NCBI GenBank assembly: GCA_951406725.2
Contig: OX597837.1
Coordinates: 35,030,001-35,094,000, forward strand
Length of the DNA: 64,000 nt
Direction of reading: 5' to 3'
Source: Octopus vulgaris
Taxonomy: Eukaryota
Position numbers and translations under genes: made by a program. Below the pieces are notes generated by a model. That model did not search any database. It was given only the letters and a program-made list of their open reading frames with translations, and was not told where the DNA came from. Positions 13,795 through 27,960 of this stretch are shown here, piece by piece. Positions within the stretch are counted from its first letter, which is position 1. Each line of letters starts with the position of its first letter.

Positions 13795-14860
13795 AGCATA
13801 CATGTACATGTACATGTGTGTGTGTGTGTGTGTGTGTGAGTGCATGTGTATGTGTGTGTGAGTGCATGTGTGTATGTGCATGTGTATGTGAGTACGCGTG
13901 CATGTGTGAGTGTGTGTGTGTGAGTGCATGTGTGTATGTGCATGTGTGTGTGAGTGTGTATGTGCATGTGTGTGTGAGTGTGTATGTGCATGAGTGTAAG
14001 ATCATGTGTGTACATGTACATGTGAGTGTATGTGTGTATGTACATGTGTATGTGAGTACGCGTGCATGTGTGAGTGTGTATGTGCATGAGTGTAAGATCA
14101 TGTGTGTACATGTACATGTGTGTGTGTGTATGTGTGTGTGAGTGTGTGTGTGTATGTGCATGTGTGTGTGTGTGTGTGCATGTGTGAGTGTGTATGTGCA
14201 TGAGTGTAAGATCATGTGTGTACATGTACATGTGTGTGTGTATGTATGTGTGTGAGTGCATGTGTGTATGTGCATGTGTGTGTGAGTGTGTGTGCATGTG
14301 TGAGTGTGTATGTGCATGAGTGTAAGATCATGTGTGTACATGTACATGTGTGTGTGTATGTGTGTGAGTGCGTGTGTGTATGTGTGTGTGTGTGTGAGTG
14401 TGTGTGCATGTGTGAGTGTGTATGTGCATGAGTGTAAGATCATGTGTGTACATGTACATGTGTGTGTGTGTGTGTGTGTGAGTGCATGTGTGTATGTGCA
14501 TGTGTGTGTGAGTGTGTATGTGCATGAGTGTAAGATCATGTGTGTACATGTGTGTGTGTGTGTATGTGTGTGGATGTGCATGTGTGTATGTGCATGTGTG
14601 TGTGAGTGTGTGTGCATGTGTGAGTGTGTATGTGCATGAGTGTAAGATCATGTGTGTACATGTACATGTGTGCGTGTGCGTGTGTAAGTGCATGTGTGTA
14701 TATGCATGTGTGTGAGTGTGCATGCATGTGTGAGTGTGTATGTGCATGAGTGTAAGATCCTGTGTGTACATGTACATGTGTGTGTGTATGTGTGTGTGAG
14801 TGCATGTGTGTATGTGCATGTGTATGTGAGTGTGTGTGCATGTGTGTGAATGAGCATATG
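13795..14860. repeat. Minisatellite of about 96-116 bp units built on (GT)n
   Basis: Anchor gagtgtaagatc recurs 8 times (13992, 14088, 14202, 14318, 14430, 14526, 14638, 14748). Confidence 0.9.
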
Positions 14861-15754
14861 TGTATGCATGTATCTGTGTATGTGTGATTGTATATATGTG
14901 TATATTTACACATGTACATGTGACGCAAGCATGGCTGCAATGCTGAGAAATTTGCTTTGCAGACATGAGATTTTAGGTTTGATCCTACCATACACAACTT
15001 TGGGGTTGGGGGTGGAGTTAGGGGTGGGGCTTAGGGTTGGGTAGGTTTCGGTGTTTGCTTCCAAAGCCCCAGATAGACTCCCGCCTAGCTATGAGTAAAC
15101 CTTGGGCTTATATAGAAGCTATGTGGAAGCCCAGTGGAAGTCAAAGAGCAAGTCTTGTCAAACTCATATTCACATTAATTCTAGTAGAGGTGTGTGACTT
15201 AGTGGTTAGGCTGTTGGACTCATGACCGTAAGATTGTGGTTTCAATTCCTGGACTGGGCAACGCATTGTGTTCTTGAGCAAAAGACTTCATTTCATGTTG
15301 CTCTGGTCCACACTCAGCTGGCAAAAATGAGAAATCCTGTAATGGACAGGAATCCCTTTGAAGTGGAGAATTTATATGCCATGGAAACCGGGAAACCAGT
15401 CCTTATGAGTCGGCAATACTCAAGAAGGTTACTTTCATATTAATTCAGGATGAGAATTATTTAAGAGTACAATTGTCTGTGGAATACTCAGCCACTTAAT
15501 ATAATGCATAAGGACTAAGGCAGCGAGCTGGCCGAATCATTACTGCACCAGAAAAATCTCCTAGTAGCATTTCTTCCAACTTTGTGTTCTGAGTTCAAAT
15601 GCTCCCAAGGTCAGCTTTTGACTTTCATCATTCCAGGGTCAATAAAGTAAGTACCTGTTGGACACCAGAGTTGAAGTGATTGAGTCACTCCTCCCCTAAT
15701 ATTTCTGACCTTGTGCCAAAATTCAAAACAAATATAATGACTAGGAAGTTCTAA

Positions 15755-15794
<40 letters not shown>

Positions 15795-16813
15795 ATGTCC
15801 ATATGCATGCATGTACATGTGAGTGTGTGATTGCATGTGTATGCATGTATGTGCATGAACTACACTTGTAATTCAAAGGAGCCAGCTTTGTCATAGACAA
15901 TGTCATGGTTATTCTGCCTAAGGGTTACATTAAGGGTTGAAGTATTTGCAGAATACTCACTTGGCCACTATAATACAATGGAGGAAGAGTTTAGTCAAGT
16001 ACATCAAACCTCAGCACTTGACTAGTATGTTATTTTATTATATTTATCAACCCTGGGGTGATGAAAAGCAAAGCTGACTTCAGCATGCTTTGAATTCAAA
16101 ACGTGAAAAGCTAGAAATACTGCAAGGTAGTTTTATCCAAAAGTGGCTGTTCAATTCTAGATTCACAATCACAGAGGTCAACTTTGTCTCTCATCCTTCT
16201 GGGGTTGCTAAAATAAAAGTCAAAACCAGGTGGAGAGCCAATGTAATTGGCCAGGCCTTTCCTTAAAATTCTAGTCCTTGTTCCTATGATAGAAACTACT
16301 ATTATCTTTATTGAAGAGGGTAAGCTGGCAGAATTTTTAGTATGCCAGACAAAATACTTAGCAGCTTTTCATTCAGAGTTCAATTTCCATCAAGGTCATT
16401 TTTGCCTTTTACTATTTCAAGGTCAATAAAGTAAGTGCCAGCTAAGTACTGTGGTCCATGTAATTGGCTTACCCTCTCCACCGGAATTACTGGCCTAGAG
16501 CCACGATTTCAAACCATTATTATAATTCCTTATTGTTGTTATTATTATTATTATTATTCAGCAAGCCGGCAGAATAGTTAGCATGCTTGGCAGCCTTTTG
16601 TCTGTTGTTTTATTCTGAGTTCACATTCCGTCAAAGTCAACTTTGCCTTTCTTTCTTTTGGAGGTCGATAAAATAAGTATCAGTTGAGCACTGGGGTCAA
16701 TATAAATGACCAAGCCCCTACCTCAAAACTGTTGGCCTTGTGCCAAAAATTTAAAATTATTATTATTATTATTATTATTGTTATTATTGTTGTTGTTGTT
16801 GGTATTGTTATTA

Positions 16814-16852
<39 letters not shown>

Positions 16853-17519
16853 GATTGATAGAATCATTAGATCATCTATCAACAAAAAAAATGCTTTGCA
16901 GTATTCATCCCTGGCTTGCTACATCATGGGTTCAAATTCTGTCACGGTCAACTTTGCCTTTCGTCCTTTCAGGGTCGATGTAATCGACTTATTTTCTCCC
17001 TTAAAATTGCTGGCCTTGTACCAAAATTCGAAACTATTTTATAGTAGAAAAGATCATCATTATTATTATTATTATCATCATCATCTCAACGACATCAAAG
17101 AAATTATTAATTATGTCTTTAACATCATTATTATTATTATAATAAAACAAATAAACACATTAACAGATGCACATTTGCATAATTACAAAAGAAAGACATG
17201 CACACAATGCACATTAGCTGGTGTATATTATAAATGCAGCTATGATGTAATCTGCTAGCAAACCAGATTACTTAATTCCATTTTTAGTTTTGTTTCCATG
17301 TCTTAATTTTATATTTTGTTTTTGGTCCGCTCTCCGAGTGATAGCGTAAAAATATCCCGACGAAAGCTTGCTCTGCTAATAGCTATTATATAACATCAGC
17401 TGACATACTGATACTTATGGGGAATAAACACTTATATGAGAGCGAGAGAGAGAGAGAGAGAGAGAGTGTGTGTGTGTGTGTGAGAGAGACAGTGTGTGAA
17501 TGTATGCGTATCTCTTTTT

Positions 17520-17728
17520 TTTCTCTTTTTACTTGTTTCAGTCATTTGACTGTGGCCATGCTGGAGCACCGCCTTTAGTCGAGCAAATCGACCCCAGGAC
17601 TTACTTATTCTTTGTAAGCCCAGTACTTATTTTATCGGTCTCTTTTGCCGAACCGCTAAGTGACGGGGACGTAAACACACCAGCATCGGTTGTCAAGCAA
17701 TGCCAGGGGTACAAACACAGACATACAA

Positions 17729-17759
<31 letters not shown>

Positions 17760-17920
17760 CATATATACGACAGGCTTCTTTCAGTTTCTGTCTACCAAAT
17801 CCACTCACAAGGCATTGGTCGGCCCGGGGCTATAGCAGAAGACATTTGCCCAAGATGCCACGCAGTGGGACTGAACCCGGAACCATGTGGTTGGTTAGCA
17901 AGCTACTTACCACACAGCCA
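17520..17920 (-). mobile_element. SINE family A, full length
   Basis: Reverse complement of 8015-8413. Confidence 0.9.
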
Positions 17921-19281
17921 TATATATATTTAGGCATGGTTATATATTTAAGAAATTCACTTCCCAATCACACGATTGGGGGGAGGGTCAGTTCCACTAT
18001 TGCATCTTGGGCAAGTGCCTTCTACTATAGCCCCAGGCTGACCAGAACTTTGTGAGTAGATGTGGTAGAGAGAAACTGAAAGAAGCCCATCAAATATGTG
18101 TGTGTGAGTGTGTTGTATAGCCTCAGGCCAACCAGAGTCTTGTGAGTGCATTTAATGGAAGCAAGCTGAAAGAAGATATTCATATCATCATCATCATCGT
18201 CATCATTTAACATCTGCTTTCCATGCTGGCACTGGACGGCTTGACAGGAGCTGGATAGGTAGAAGACTATACCAGGTTACTGTGTCTGTTTTGGCATGGT
18301 TTTTAAGGTTGGATGCCCTAGAGTGAACAGACTGTTTTTTATGTGGCACCAGCACAGACAAGGTCAGTTTTGGCAGGGTTTTTACAGCTGGATGCCCTTC
18401 TAAATGCCAATCACTTCAGAGTGTGGACTGAATGCTTTTTACGTGGCTCTAGCACTGGCAGGATCACCAAGATTTGTGTGTGTGTGTGTGCCTGTATGTG
18501 TGTGTATTTGTGTTGCCATGTCTTGACATCATGTGACAGATAAAAACGAATATTACCATCATACAAACGGTGTCTCTTGTTTCAAAGCAAGTTAATATTT
18601 TCCATTAGTCGGACTTATTGTTATTCACGGAAGATTGAATAGGTGAGAGTTGACAACAGGAAGAGCATCCACCTGTAGAAATTCTGCCTCAACAAACTCC
18701 ATCTGACCCATGCAAGCATGGAAAAGTGAACATTAGACTTATGATATTGTGTGTGTGCATGTGTGCATATTTGTATATAAATATACATATAATCCTTTAC
18801 TAGTTCAAGCCCAGGGGTTGTGGCTATGCTGGGGCACTATCACTACTGTGCTACTGTTTCTATTTTAATCCTTATTTATTTGCAGGTGTCACAATGTTAC
18901 AAGACGAAAACACAGGGGAAATGTCCATTCAGTATTTTACTCATCCTCTTGGAGTCAACACTCAGTGAGAGTTCCTCCTTGGAACAGCAACCCTGTTTAG
19001 CAAAGTACTGAGAGTAATTCTCTTGTAAATTTTTAGGGGTTCAGTTTTATTTTTTTTTGTAACCCTTCTTTCTCTTTCTGTTCAATCCTTTCTATGCGAG
19101 TGTTTGATTTTGTTTTCTATTTCAAGGAAAGGCCATTTCAAGGAAAGGCCATTTCAAGGAAAGAACTTTTCACTGTACTTGAGTTGTCAGCTTAAATTAT
19201 TTGAAATCCAAGATCTTAGCTTTTTGCCACATAAGAATTTGCTTTGTCTGGTAATTATATTTGTGTGTACAATCATTTTAT

Positions 19282-19480
19282 TTAACCCTTTCGTTACCAA
19301 CCCGGCTGAAACTGGCTCTGGCTCTTTAGTACAAATGTCTGGTTTTCAAAAGTTCTTAATTAAAATCTTCCACCAAACCTGAGTCATAATTTACATCCCT
19401 AACTCTAGCTTAATGATAACGATGTTATTTTACTTAATTCTTTGTTATATTTAACATAATTGGAAGAAACACTGATCATC
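19282..19480. mobile_element. piggyBac-like MITE fragment
   Basis: Begins ttaaccctttcgttacc; interior is complementary to 22914-23200. Confidence 0.5.
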
Positions 19481-19964
19481 TTATTTAATGCATATGGTTT
19501 AAATTATTGACATAAACTGCTTAAGATTTTGGACATGATCTTGCTTAGAGATTTCAAGGATCTCTTTTTGAATCAATTTCCAGTTAGCTTTGATAGAACT
19601 CGAGTATTTTGATAGGACTCAAGCTTTCCCTTAGACTGAATATTATAAATTCTACTATATAATGACCTGAAGAAACTATCAGCATCACCTCAACATTACA
19701 GGGTGAGTAAAAAGGAAACACTGTACAGAAAAGGCTTGATCTGTACATCTCCTGCTGACTGAGAGACAGTGATAGACATCGCCATATGAGGAAAACATTT
19801 TCGCCACCTTTGAATTAAGGTTACATATGGTTATATGGTGATATTTACTTGCAGTTTAACAGGAATAAATAAGTGGAAGGACTGAAGAAAATACTGTGGA
19901 AAACTAAAAAAATACACTAAAGTGAAAAAACAGGAGGAGGGCAGTGGTGATGACAATGGTGATG

Positions 19965-20098
19965 ATGAAGAAGAAGAAGAAGAAGAAGAAGAAGAAGAAG
20001 AAGAAGAAGAAGAAGAAGAACAACAACAACAAAAGAAGAAGAAGAAGAAGAAGAAGAAGAAAAAGAAGAAGAAAAAGAAGAAGAAGAAGAAGAAGAAG
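19965..20098. repeat. (GAA)n tract
   Basis: Directly visible. Confidence 0.95.
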
Positions 20099-20421
20099 TC
20101 CAAGAAAATATAAAGTGGAAATAAATAAATAAATGAATACAACAGAAAAAAATGTAGATGGAAGGAGAAAATGAAGAAGGGGAAAAAAATGACAAGACAT
20201 GAATAGAAAAGCTGAAAGAGTTTGAAGGAAGTAAGTTGACAAGTCATGAATTGTGTGTAAACAAGGGGATCCATTGTACGGGACGGAGAGTTCATTGATG
20301 AAATATGAATAAAACATTTGATGAAGAAGACTGCATCAGAACATTGGTTCAGGATAGCAATGAGAGAGAGAGAATAATGGTGAAAAGGAGAGGTTATGTC
20401 ACAATGTCTCCCAAGAAACTT

Positions 20422-20463
<42 letters not shown>

Positions 20464-20554
20464 CGTGTGTGTGTGTTTGTGTAAATATATGTATGTTTAT
20501 ACGTGTATGTGTTTGTGTGTATATACATGTAGCTATGCTTGCACATGTGTTTCT

Positions 20555-20585
<31 letters not shown>

Positions 20586-22913
20586 CGTGTGTGTGTGCTT
20601 CTGTGTGTGCTTGTACGTATGTGTTTGTGTAGATATATGTATGTTTATACGTGTATGTGTTTGTGTGTATATACACGTAGCTGTGCTTGCACATGTGTTT
20701 CTATATGTGCGTGTGTGTGTGTGTGTGTGTGTACATATATGTAGCTGTGTTTGTACATGTGTGCGTATTTGTAGATGCGTGTGTGTTTGTAAATTTATAT
20801 GTTTGCGTGTGTGTATATATATATATACATATGTATGTATGTATGTTTGTACATGTATGTGTTTGTATGCATACATAGTTATGCCTGCACGTGTTTCTAT
20901 GTGTGTGTGTATGTGTGTGTGTATGTTGTGTGTAGATGTATGTGTGTTATTGTATGTATATATATATATATATGTGTGTATTTGTACATGTATGTGCATG
21001 TGAACATACATGTAGCTGTGTTTGTATATGTGTGTATGACTGTGCATGTGAACATGTATGTACTTGTGTTTGCAAATGCATGTGTTTGTTTATATGCTTA
21101 TACATGTGTATGTGTGTGTGTGTACATGTGCTTGTGTGTGTATATATATATATATATATATACACACACTCACATGCACATGTATATACATATGCATATT
21201 TATACATGTTTGCTGTTTGAAAATGTATGCGTTTGTATATATTCATATGTGTGTGTGTGCATTTGTATTTGCAGGTTCCTCTTGTACAATGTACACACAT
21301 GGAAGTCTGACAGTCTTGAAGAACACAAGACTGCAGTCTCAGATTGTGCTTCTACTCCTCAAACTATTGAATGACCAAATGAAGAAGACAGAATTAGATA
21401 AATGCACCTGAAGACAATTGGATTGGATTGGATTGGATTGCCCATGTTTAGTCTACCACATGACAAAGGCCTCAGAATGTTTTCTCCACCATGTTTTCTC
21501 CATGGTCTTATGTGGAGGCCATGAATTTGAGCTTGAGATCATACTGGTTTGATGAGCCTACTCTGCTACACTGATCTGACATGCCTTGGTAGAGAGATAT
21601 TTTCCTTTTTTAATACTCTTACCCAAGAGTACGTAATTCAATTACATTGACCCCAGTGCTCAACTGGTATTTATTTTATTGACCCCCAAAATGAAGAAAG
21701 GTAAAGTCAGTCACAGCAGAATTTGAACTCAGAATGACAAGATACTGCTAAGCATTTCACTTGGCATGCCAACAATTCTGCCAGCAGCTCATTGCCTTGA
21801 AGACAGTAAATATATGCAATTTAATCCTAAAATAGCTACAGATATGATTGTATGACTAAGAATTTTAGACAGCAACTATTAGCACAAATTGAAGCAGCTC
21901 TGATATCCTTTATTGAACTGACCAAGCTGACCACAGTGTATTGTCAGGACTTACTGGGGTGTATGGTTAAGTAATTTGACTAGCAACCACATGGTTCTGG
22001 GTTTGATCCTAGGATATGGTATCTTGGGCACTGTCTTCTGCTACAGTTTCTGGACTGACCTACACATCATGAGTGAAATTTGATACATGGAAACTATGCA
22101 GAAGCTTGTTGAATGTGTGTGTGTGTGTGTGTGTGTGTGCATGAGTGCAGACATGCACATATGTATTGGTGAAAATATATACAAGAACTTGTAGGAAATG
22201 GACATGTATGTCAAGAAAAGTAATAATCATCTTCTTTATCTTTTAATGTCTGTCTTCCATGTTCACAGCATCAAACGGGCTCCAGTGTCTCCTTTAGCAT
22301 CATTTCTACAGCCAGATGCCCTTCTTAATGCCAACCACATCACGGGGTACACTGGATGCTTTTTTCCCATGACACCAACACAAGTAAAGTTGCTACAGAG
22401 CTTACAAGTCAAAGATGCCCTTTGAGTGAGTTGGGTTAATTTTACAAATTCAGTTTATGCAGAAATACTGTATTTTTTCATCCTGCGGATTAAACTGTTT
22501 CATCTTTTGTTTTTGTTTTTTATAAGGATTTTTAGAGATGTCATCAACAGGCAATATCGAAGACTCACTGCTCTATTGGATTACGTGCAGTGGTTCATTT
22601 AATGAAATATTCAACTGGTAGTTTATGGGTTATGAGTTCAAACTGCACTGCAGATGCTGTAAGACGTCCTCAGGAAAAACGAGGTACTCATCTTCACTCA
22701 GTTTATAGTTAGTTGATTAACGAGCTTTCAAATATCTTATAGCTAGTTCATTCATTTGCACCATCGAACTTCAAGAGCTCTCACAGAGCTGACAATCAAT
22801 AACTATAATCGATAGGCAATGCCTTTGTATGTGTGCATGTGTGTGTGTGAGAAAGAGAGAGTGTGTGTAGAGAGACGGTGGCATGTACATGTCTATGTGA
22901 GATAATCAAACGG

Positions 22914-23200
22914 TTAACCCTTTCATAACTATACATCTGATGAAATACACAACCTTTGTTTCAATTCATTGAGAAGTTAATGAGGAATTTAGTAAAATAA
23001 CCTCGTCATTATTACACTGGTGTCTGGAACATAAATTGACATGAAATTTTGATGGAAGGTTTTGATTTAGATTACTATAACCCTTTTGTTACCATATTTC
23101 TGTTAAACTATACGGCCTTTATTTCAATTCATTTTGAAATTAATGAAGAATTTAATGAAATGACTGTCATTATTACAGTGGTGTTTAGAACCTTAATAAA
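22914..23200. mobile_element. Two tandem piggyBac-like MITE end fragments
   Basis: ttaaccctttcataact and taacccttttgttacc starts followed by similar sequence (tttcaattcatt...gaattta...cattattaca.tggtgt). Confidence 0.55.
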
Positions 23201-23214
23201 AGTTTAAAATATAT

Positions 23215-23610
23215 CTATCTATCTATCCGCTCAGTTGAAGTCGACTCTCGGTCACTTGTTGGATCAGTGTCCTCCATTCAGTTCTATCTTTTGCCGCTTC
23301 TTTCAGATTGGCTATGTCCATTCCGGTATCACTCTTGATGATGTCAAGCCAGCGGGTTCTTGGTCGGCCTCTTCCTCTCTTGCCACTGACCATTCTGAGC
23401 ATGATGTCCTTCTCCAGGGATTTTCTCCGCATAATATGACCGAAATATGCCAATCTATGCTTGGTGATCCTAGCTTCTAGTGATATTTTCGGCCATTGGT
23501 GAGCCTCGCTGTCCATGGAATCCGTAAAAGTCTTCTCCAACACCAAAGCTTGAATGCATTAATTCTCTTCTGGTCAGCTTTCTTTAGCGTCCAGGTCTCG
23601 CATCCATATA
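23215..23610 (-). mobile_element. 5'-truncated RTE (BovB-like) LINE, 3' end of ORF
   Basis: YGCETWTLKKADQKRINAFKLWCWRRLLRIPWTAR, then LAYFGHIMRRKSLEKDIML...GRPRTRWLD...DRTEWR; (ATAG)n tail. Confidence 0.9.
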
Positions 23611-24344
23611 TAAATAAGTAAATAAAATAACATTACAAAATTCCAGCTTCTTTTGGGTTCCCCCTCGTATATTATCAGTCAGTACAGTGAGAATAGGAAG
23701 GAAAGACCATGACTGAGAGAAGGGCAGTGGGGCTTATGTGCCACAGGGATGAATGAAAAAGTCAAGGGCAACAGAGAGATTGGTAACAGGGGCATGGATG
23801 ATATGCAGGTGAGTGATAAGAGGGGTGAATGATAGATGTATTAAATAAGAAGCTATTGTTATATAATGAAACTGTACACCCCTCCCAGTAAAAACTGGTA
23901 ATAGTCAGCCATTACAAATAGACCAGTAGCTAGTCAACAGGGGGAAAAGGTCAGAAGGTCAAGACTACAGGTAGACTGTGTTGATAGCTGTGTCTGTGTT
24001 TATAAAGCAATCATATGATGATACTGAATGGATGATAGAAACATTTTGTCCATGACTTCAGGGTATAACAATATCTGTCAGAGTGACAACTGACAAAAGA
24101 CAGACACAACAGTGGCAAGAGACCGCTCTACAGATGTTATATATACTAATTTTTTCCACACACACATATGGATGCATACAATATATATATTTATATACAC
24201 ATACATACATATATATATATATATCATCATCATCATCTTCATCATTTAATATCCAAGTGTGTGTTTGATAATTCAATATCTACAGATACAATGCTTGGAT
24301 ACATAATCAGTGTTATATATCTATTTCTTGAACCAGCCAGGATC

Positions 24345-24672
24345 CCTGGTCTGGTGGTACGTAAAAAGCACCATCCGACTCGTAGCCGATGCCAGCACCG
24401 CCTCGTCTGGCTTCCGTGCCGGTGGCACATAAAATACACCAATCAGACCGTGGCCGTTGCCAGCCTCGCCTGGCACCTGTGCAGGTGGCACGTAAAAAGC
24501 ACCCACTACACTCATGGAGTGGTTGGCGTTAGGAAGGGCATCCAGCTGTAGAAACACTGCCAGGTAAGACTGGAGCCTGGTGCAGCCTTCTGGCTTCCCA
24601 GATCCCCGGTCGAACCGTCCAACCCATGCTAGCATGGAGAACGGACGTTAAACGACGATGATGATAATGATG
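24345..24672 (+). mobile_element. Non-autonomous element made of the RTE LINE 3' UTR
   Basis: ggtggcacgtaaaaagcaccc...ggttggcgttaggaagggcatccagctgtagaaac...catgctagcatgg...gacgttaaacga(tga)n, matching 57937-58250 in reverse; similar copies near 18185, 27505, 38340, 42040, 53445. Confidence 0.85.
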
Positions 24673-24673
24673 A

Positions 24674-24887
24674 AGGGGCTAAACACAGAGAGGACAAACA
24701 AGGACAGACAAACGGATTAAGTCAATTACATCGACGTCAGTGCGTAACTGGTAATTAATTAATCGACCCCGAAAGGATGAAAGGCAAAGTCGACCTCGGC
24801 GGAATTTGAACTCAGAACGCAGCGGCGGACGAAGTACCACAATGCATTTCGCCCGGTGTGCTAACGTTTCTGCCAGCTCGCCGCCTT
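24674..24887 (-). mobile_element. SINE family B (Deu/Nin-domain-like), near full length
   Basis: Minus strand ggcggcgagctggcagaaacgttagc...gagttcaaattccgccgaggtcgactttgcctttcatcctttcggggtcga; central block resembles the Deu/Nin SINE domain. Confidence 0.9.
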
Positions 24888-25091
24888 CAGTGTTATATAT
24901 CATTGTATGTTTCACATCCAGGAGACCCAACTCAAGTTGATCGAGTCAAGGTCCGTGTTGAAGCAGCATTCTATTGACTTCCACCAATCACCTTTCTTTT
25001 AGATATGCAAACCCTCAACTGCTAAACTCCTAAGTCAAATATCTCATTCACCACCCATTCTGACACATCTATGAATATATACACACATATA

Positions 25092-25506
25092 TCTTTTATC
25101 TTGCACTTATTTCAGTCATTAGACTGTGGCCATGCTGGGGCACAGCCATGAAGAATTTTTTTAGTCAAACAAATCAACCCCAGTCCTTTTTTTCAAAACT
25201 AGTACTTATTTCATCAGATCAGTCTCTTTCGCCAAACCACTTACTCATGGGAACATAAACACACCAACACCAGTTATCAAACAGTGGTGGGGGACAAACA
25301 CAGACACAAACACAGACACAAACACACACACACATGTATATACACACAGGCACTCACGACAGGTTTCTTTCAGTTTCAGTCAATCAAATCGACTCACAAG
25401 ACTTTGGTCAACCTAAGAATATACTAGAAGACACTAGCCCAAGGTTCCACTCAGTGGGACTGAACCCAGAACCATGTAATTGTTGAAGCAAACTTCTTAC
25501 CACACA
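25092..25506 (-). mobile_element. SINE family A, diverged
   Basis: Colinear with other family A copies. Confidence 0.8.
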
Positions 25507-25815
25507 GAAATTAAACCAACAATCTCATAATGATGAGTCATTACCAGCGTCACCTTACTGGCATTTGTGCCTGTGCTAGTAGGGTACCAAGAGCACTACC
25601 CGAGCTCTTGTCAGTTCCGCCTGACTGACCCCGTGCTGTGACACATAAAAGGGCACCATTCGAGCGTGATCATTACCACCATCGCCTTACTGGCACTTGT
25701 GCCAGTGGCATGTGTAAAAAGATTCGATGCATGTGTATATGCAGAAAAAAACCCATAGAATTATATATATATCATCATCATCGTTTAACGTCCGTTTTCC
25801 ATGCTAGCATGGGTT

Positions 25816-25859
<44 letters not shown>

Positions 25860-26337
25860 CATATATATATATATACATATATATACATAGATAGATATAT
25901 AAATAGATATGCATGCATTCATTATATATATGCATACAAATAAAAAGATATATATATATAATCCTTCATGTAAATAATGCACAATATTGATAATTGGTGA
26001 TATTGCAAAACCATTAGGTTCCACAAGCATTCAAAACACATATTTAAAACCTAAATTGAAAATAACTATTGGAGTCATATTTATATGCATGCGTCTGTGT
26101 GTGTGTGCGTGTGTGCATGCGAAAGTGAAAATATATATTAACTAACATTCCAAATATAAACATATAGAATATGAAGTGTATGGATATATGTGCATGAGAG
26201 GGTTAGTTTATCTATGCCTGCATCTATTTATCGATCAGTCCCTTCATATTATCTATCTATCTATATGCTCGTATATCTATTGACACATGCAAGCGTGGAA
26301 AAATGGATGTTAAAATGATGAAGATTTATGTTTGTCC

Positions 26338-26728
26338 AAGTGGCTGTGTGGTAATTAGCTTGCTTACAAACCACATGGTTCCGGGTTCAGTCCCAATACG
26401 TGGCACCTTGGGAGAGTGTCTTCTACGATAGCCTCGGGTTGACTAAGGCCTTGTTAGTGGATTTGGTAGACAAAAACTGAAAGAAGCCCATCGTGTGTGT
26501 ATGTAAGTATGTATGTATAATGTGTGTGTATGTGTTTGTGTCTGAGTTTGTTCCCCCAACATCACTTGACAACCAATGCTGGTGTGTTTACGTCCCCTTA
26601 GCTTAATGGTTCAGCAAGACTGATAGAATAAGTACTAGACTTACAACAAATAAGTCTCGGGGTTGATTTGCTCGACTTAAAGGTGGCACTCCAGCATAGC
26701 TGCAGTCAAATGACTGAAACAAGTAGAA

Positions 26729-26732
<4 letters not shown>
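26338..26732 (+). mobile_element. SINE family A
   Basis: Colinear with 8015-8413. Confidence 0.9.
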
Positions 26733-26764
<32 letters not shown>

Positions 26765-26849
26765 CTTTCTCTTTATCTATGTAGCCTCTAAGACATCAAT
26801 ACTATTTAATCCTCAGACACAGCTAATCCAACATTTCAAAGAAGCTAAG

Positions 26850-27200
26850 TAAAAGCCTCATAAAGGACCAACAGAGGGAATTAGTATTATATTTCTTTTC
26901 AACATACTCGCAAGCTTCCACTATGACCAAACAGCAAGAATTCTTATAGACTGCTGTATGGAACAAATGCCAAAATCACAGACCACACTAATCTGTGTAT
27001 ATTACAGACTTAGTAAATTGATCTTATGTCAAATTCAACGATAGCTGTTCAATCAACAGAACAACTTCTACATTTAAGTCAGAAATGCAATGAACCAGAG
27101 ATTGGATTGCTGGAAACCTGTAACGAATGATGTCATTGTTTACCAATTGCTATGTAGAAATAGAAAAAGAAAACATAAAATGGGTGGTCGAGTATTCCAT
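26850..27200 (+). pseudogene. Heavily decayed RTE-type reverse transcriptase fossil
   Basis: Frame-shifted peptides in RT order: KGPTEGISIIFLFNIL, H*SVYITDL, LMSNSTIAVQSTEQLLH, IGL; the FADD motif is lost. Confidence 0.4.
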
Positions 27201-27901
27201 GGATGCTTGCACACTTAATGTAATCCATAAACCTGTAATCCTTGGTCAGAGTCATCGTGACACTGCGTCTGACAATACTACATATATAAATATACAAACA
27301 CACACACACACACATTCAAGTATTCTCCAATATGCCAAATCACAACCAACCGGCAAATACATGAGATTGGTATGTTAAATATATGTGATTGATAAAATTT
27401 ATATATATAGTCAAATCGAACATTAAAAATAACAAAACAAAAGTCAAAAAGCTTAGCCAAAGATAAGCCCCTGTACCAGGCTTTCATTGACATGGAGATT
27501 CAAGCGAGATCATTGCCAGTACTGCCTGACTGGCCCCCATGCTGGTGGCACGTAAAAAACACCCACTACACTCTCGGAGTGGTTGGCATTAGGAAGGACA
27601 TCCAGCTGTAGAAACTCTGCCAGATCAAGATTGGAGCCTGGTGCAGCCATCTGGTTCGCCAGCCCTCAGTCAAAATTGTCCAACCCATGCTAGCATGGAA
27701 AGCTGACGTTAAACAATGATGATGATGATGTTAATATATGGAATGTATTAGCTTGATGCTCATCAATGGCAGAAAAAAAGAGAAAGTTTTTAACATTTTG
27801 AGCATGGCTTCATTAGAAAGGGGAGAAAGGAAAGGTCCAGAGAAGGAAAAAAGTACAGGAGAAGCACATATGTGGTTCTGTGTGTGTAGTGGGCTATAAA
27901 C

Positions 27902-27960
<59 letters not shown>

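Noticed and set aside
13992-14760. Regularly spaced repeat resembling a CRISPR array
   Set aside because: Linkers are related GT microsatellite rather than unique spacers; no cas genes; eukaryotic context
17330-17375. CpG-rich ccgagtga...gacgaaagctt motif
   Set aside because: No consistent hammerhead core or helix II
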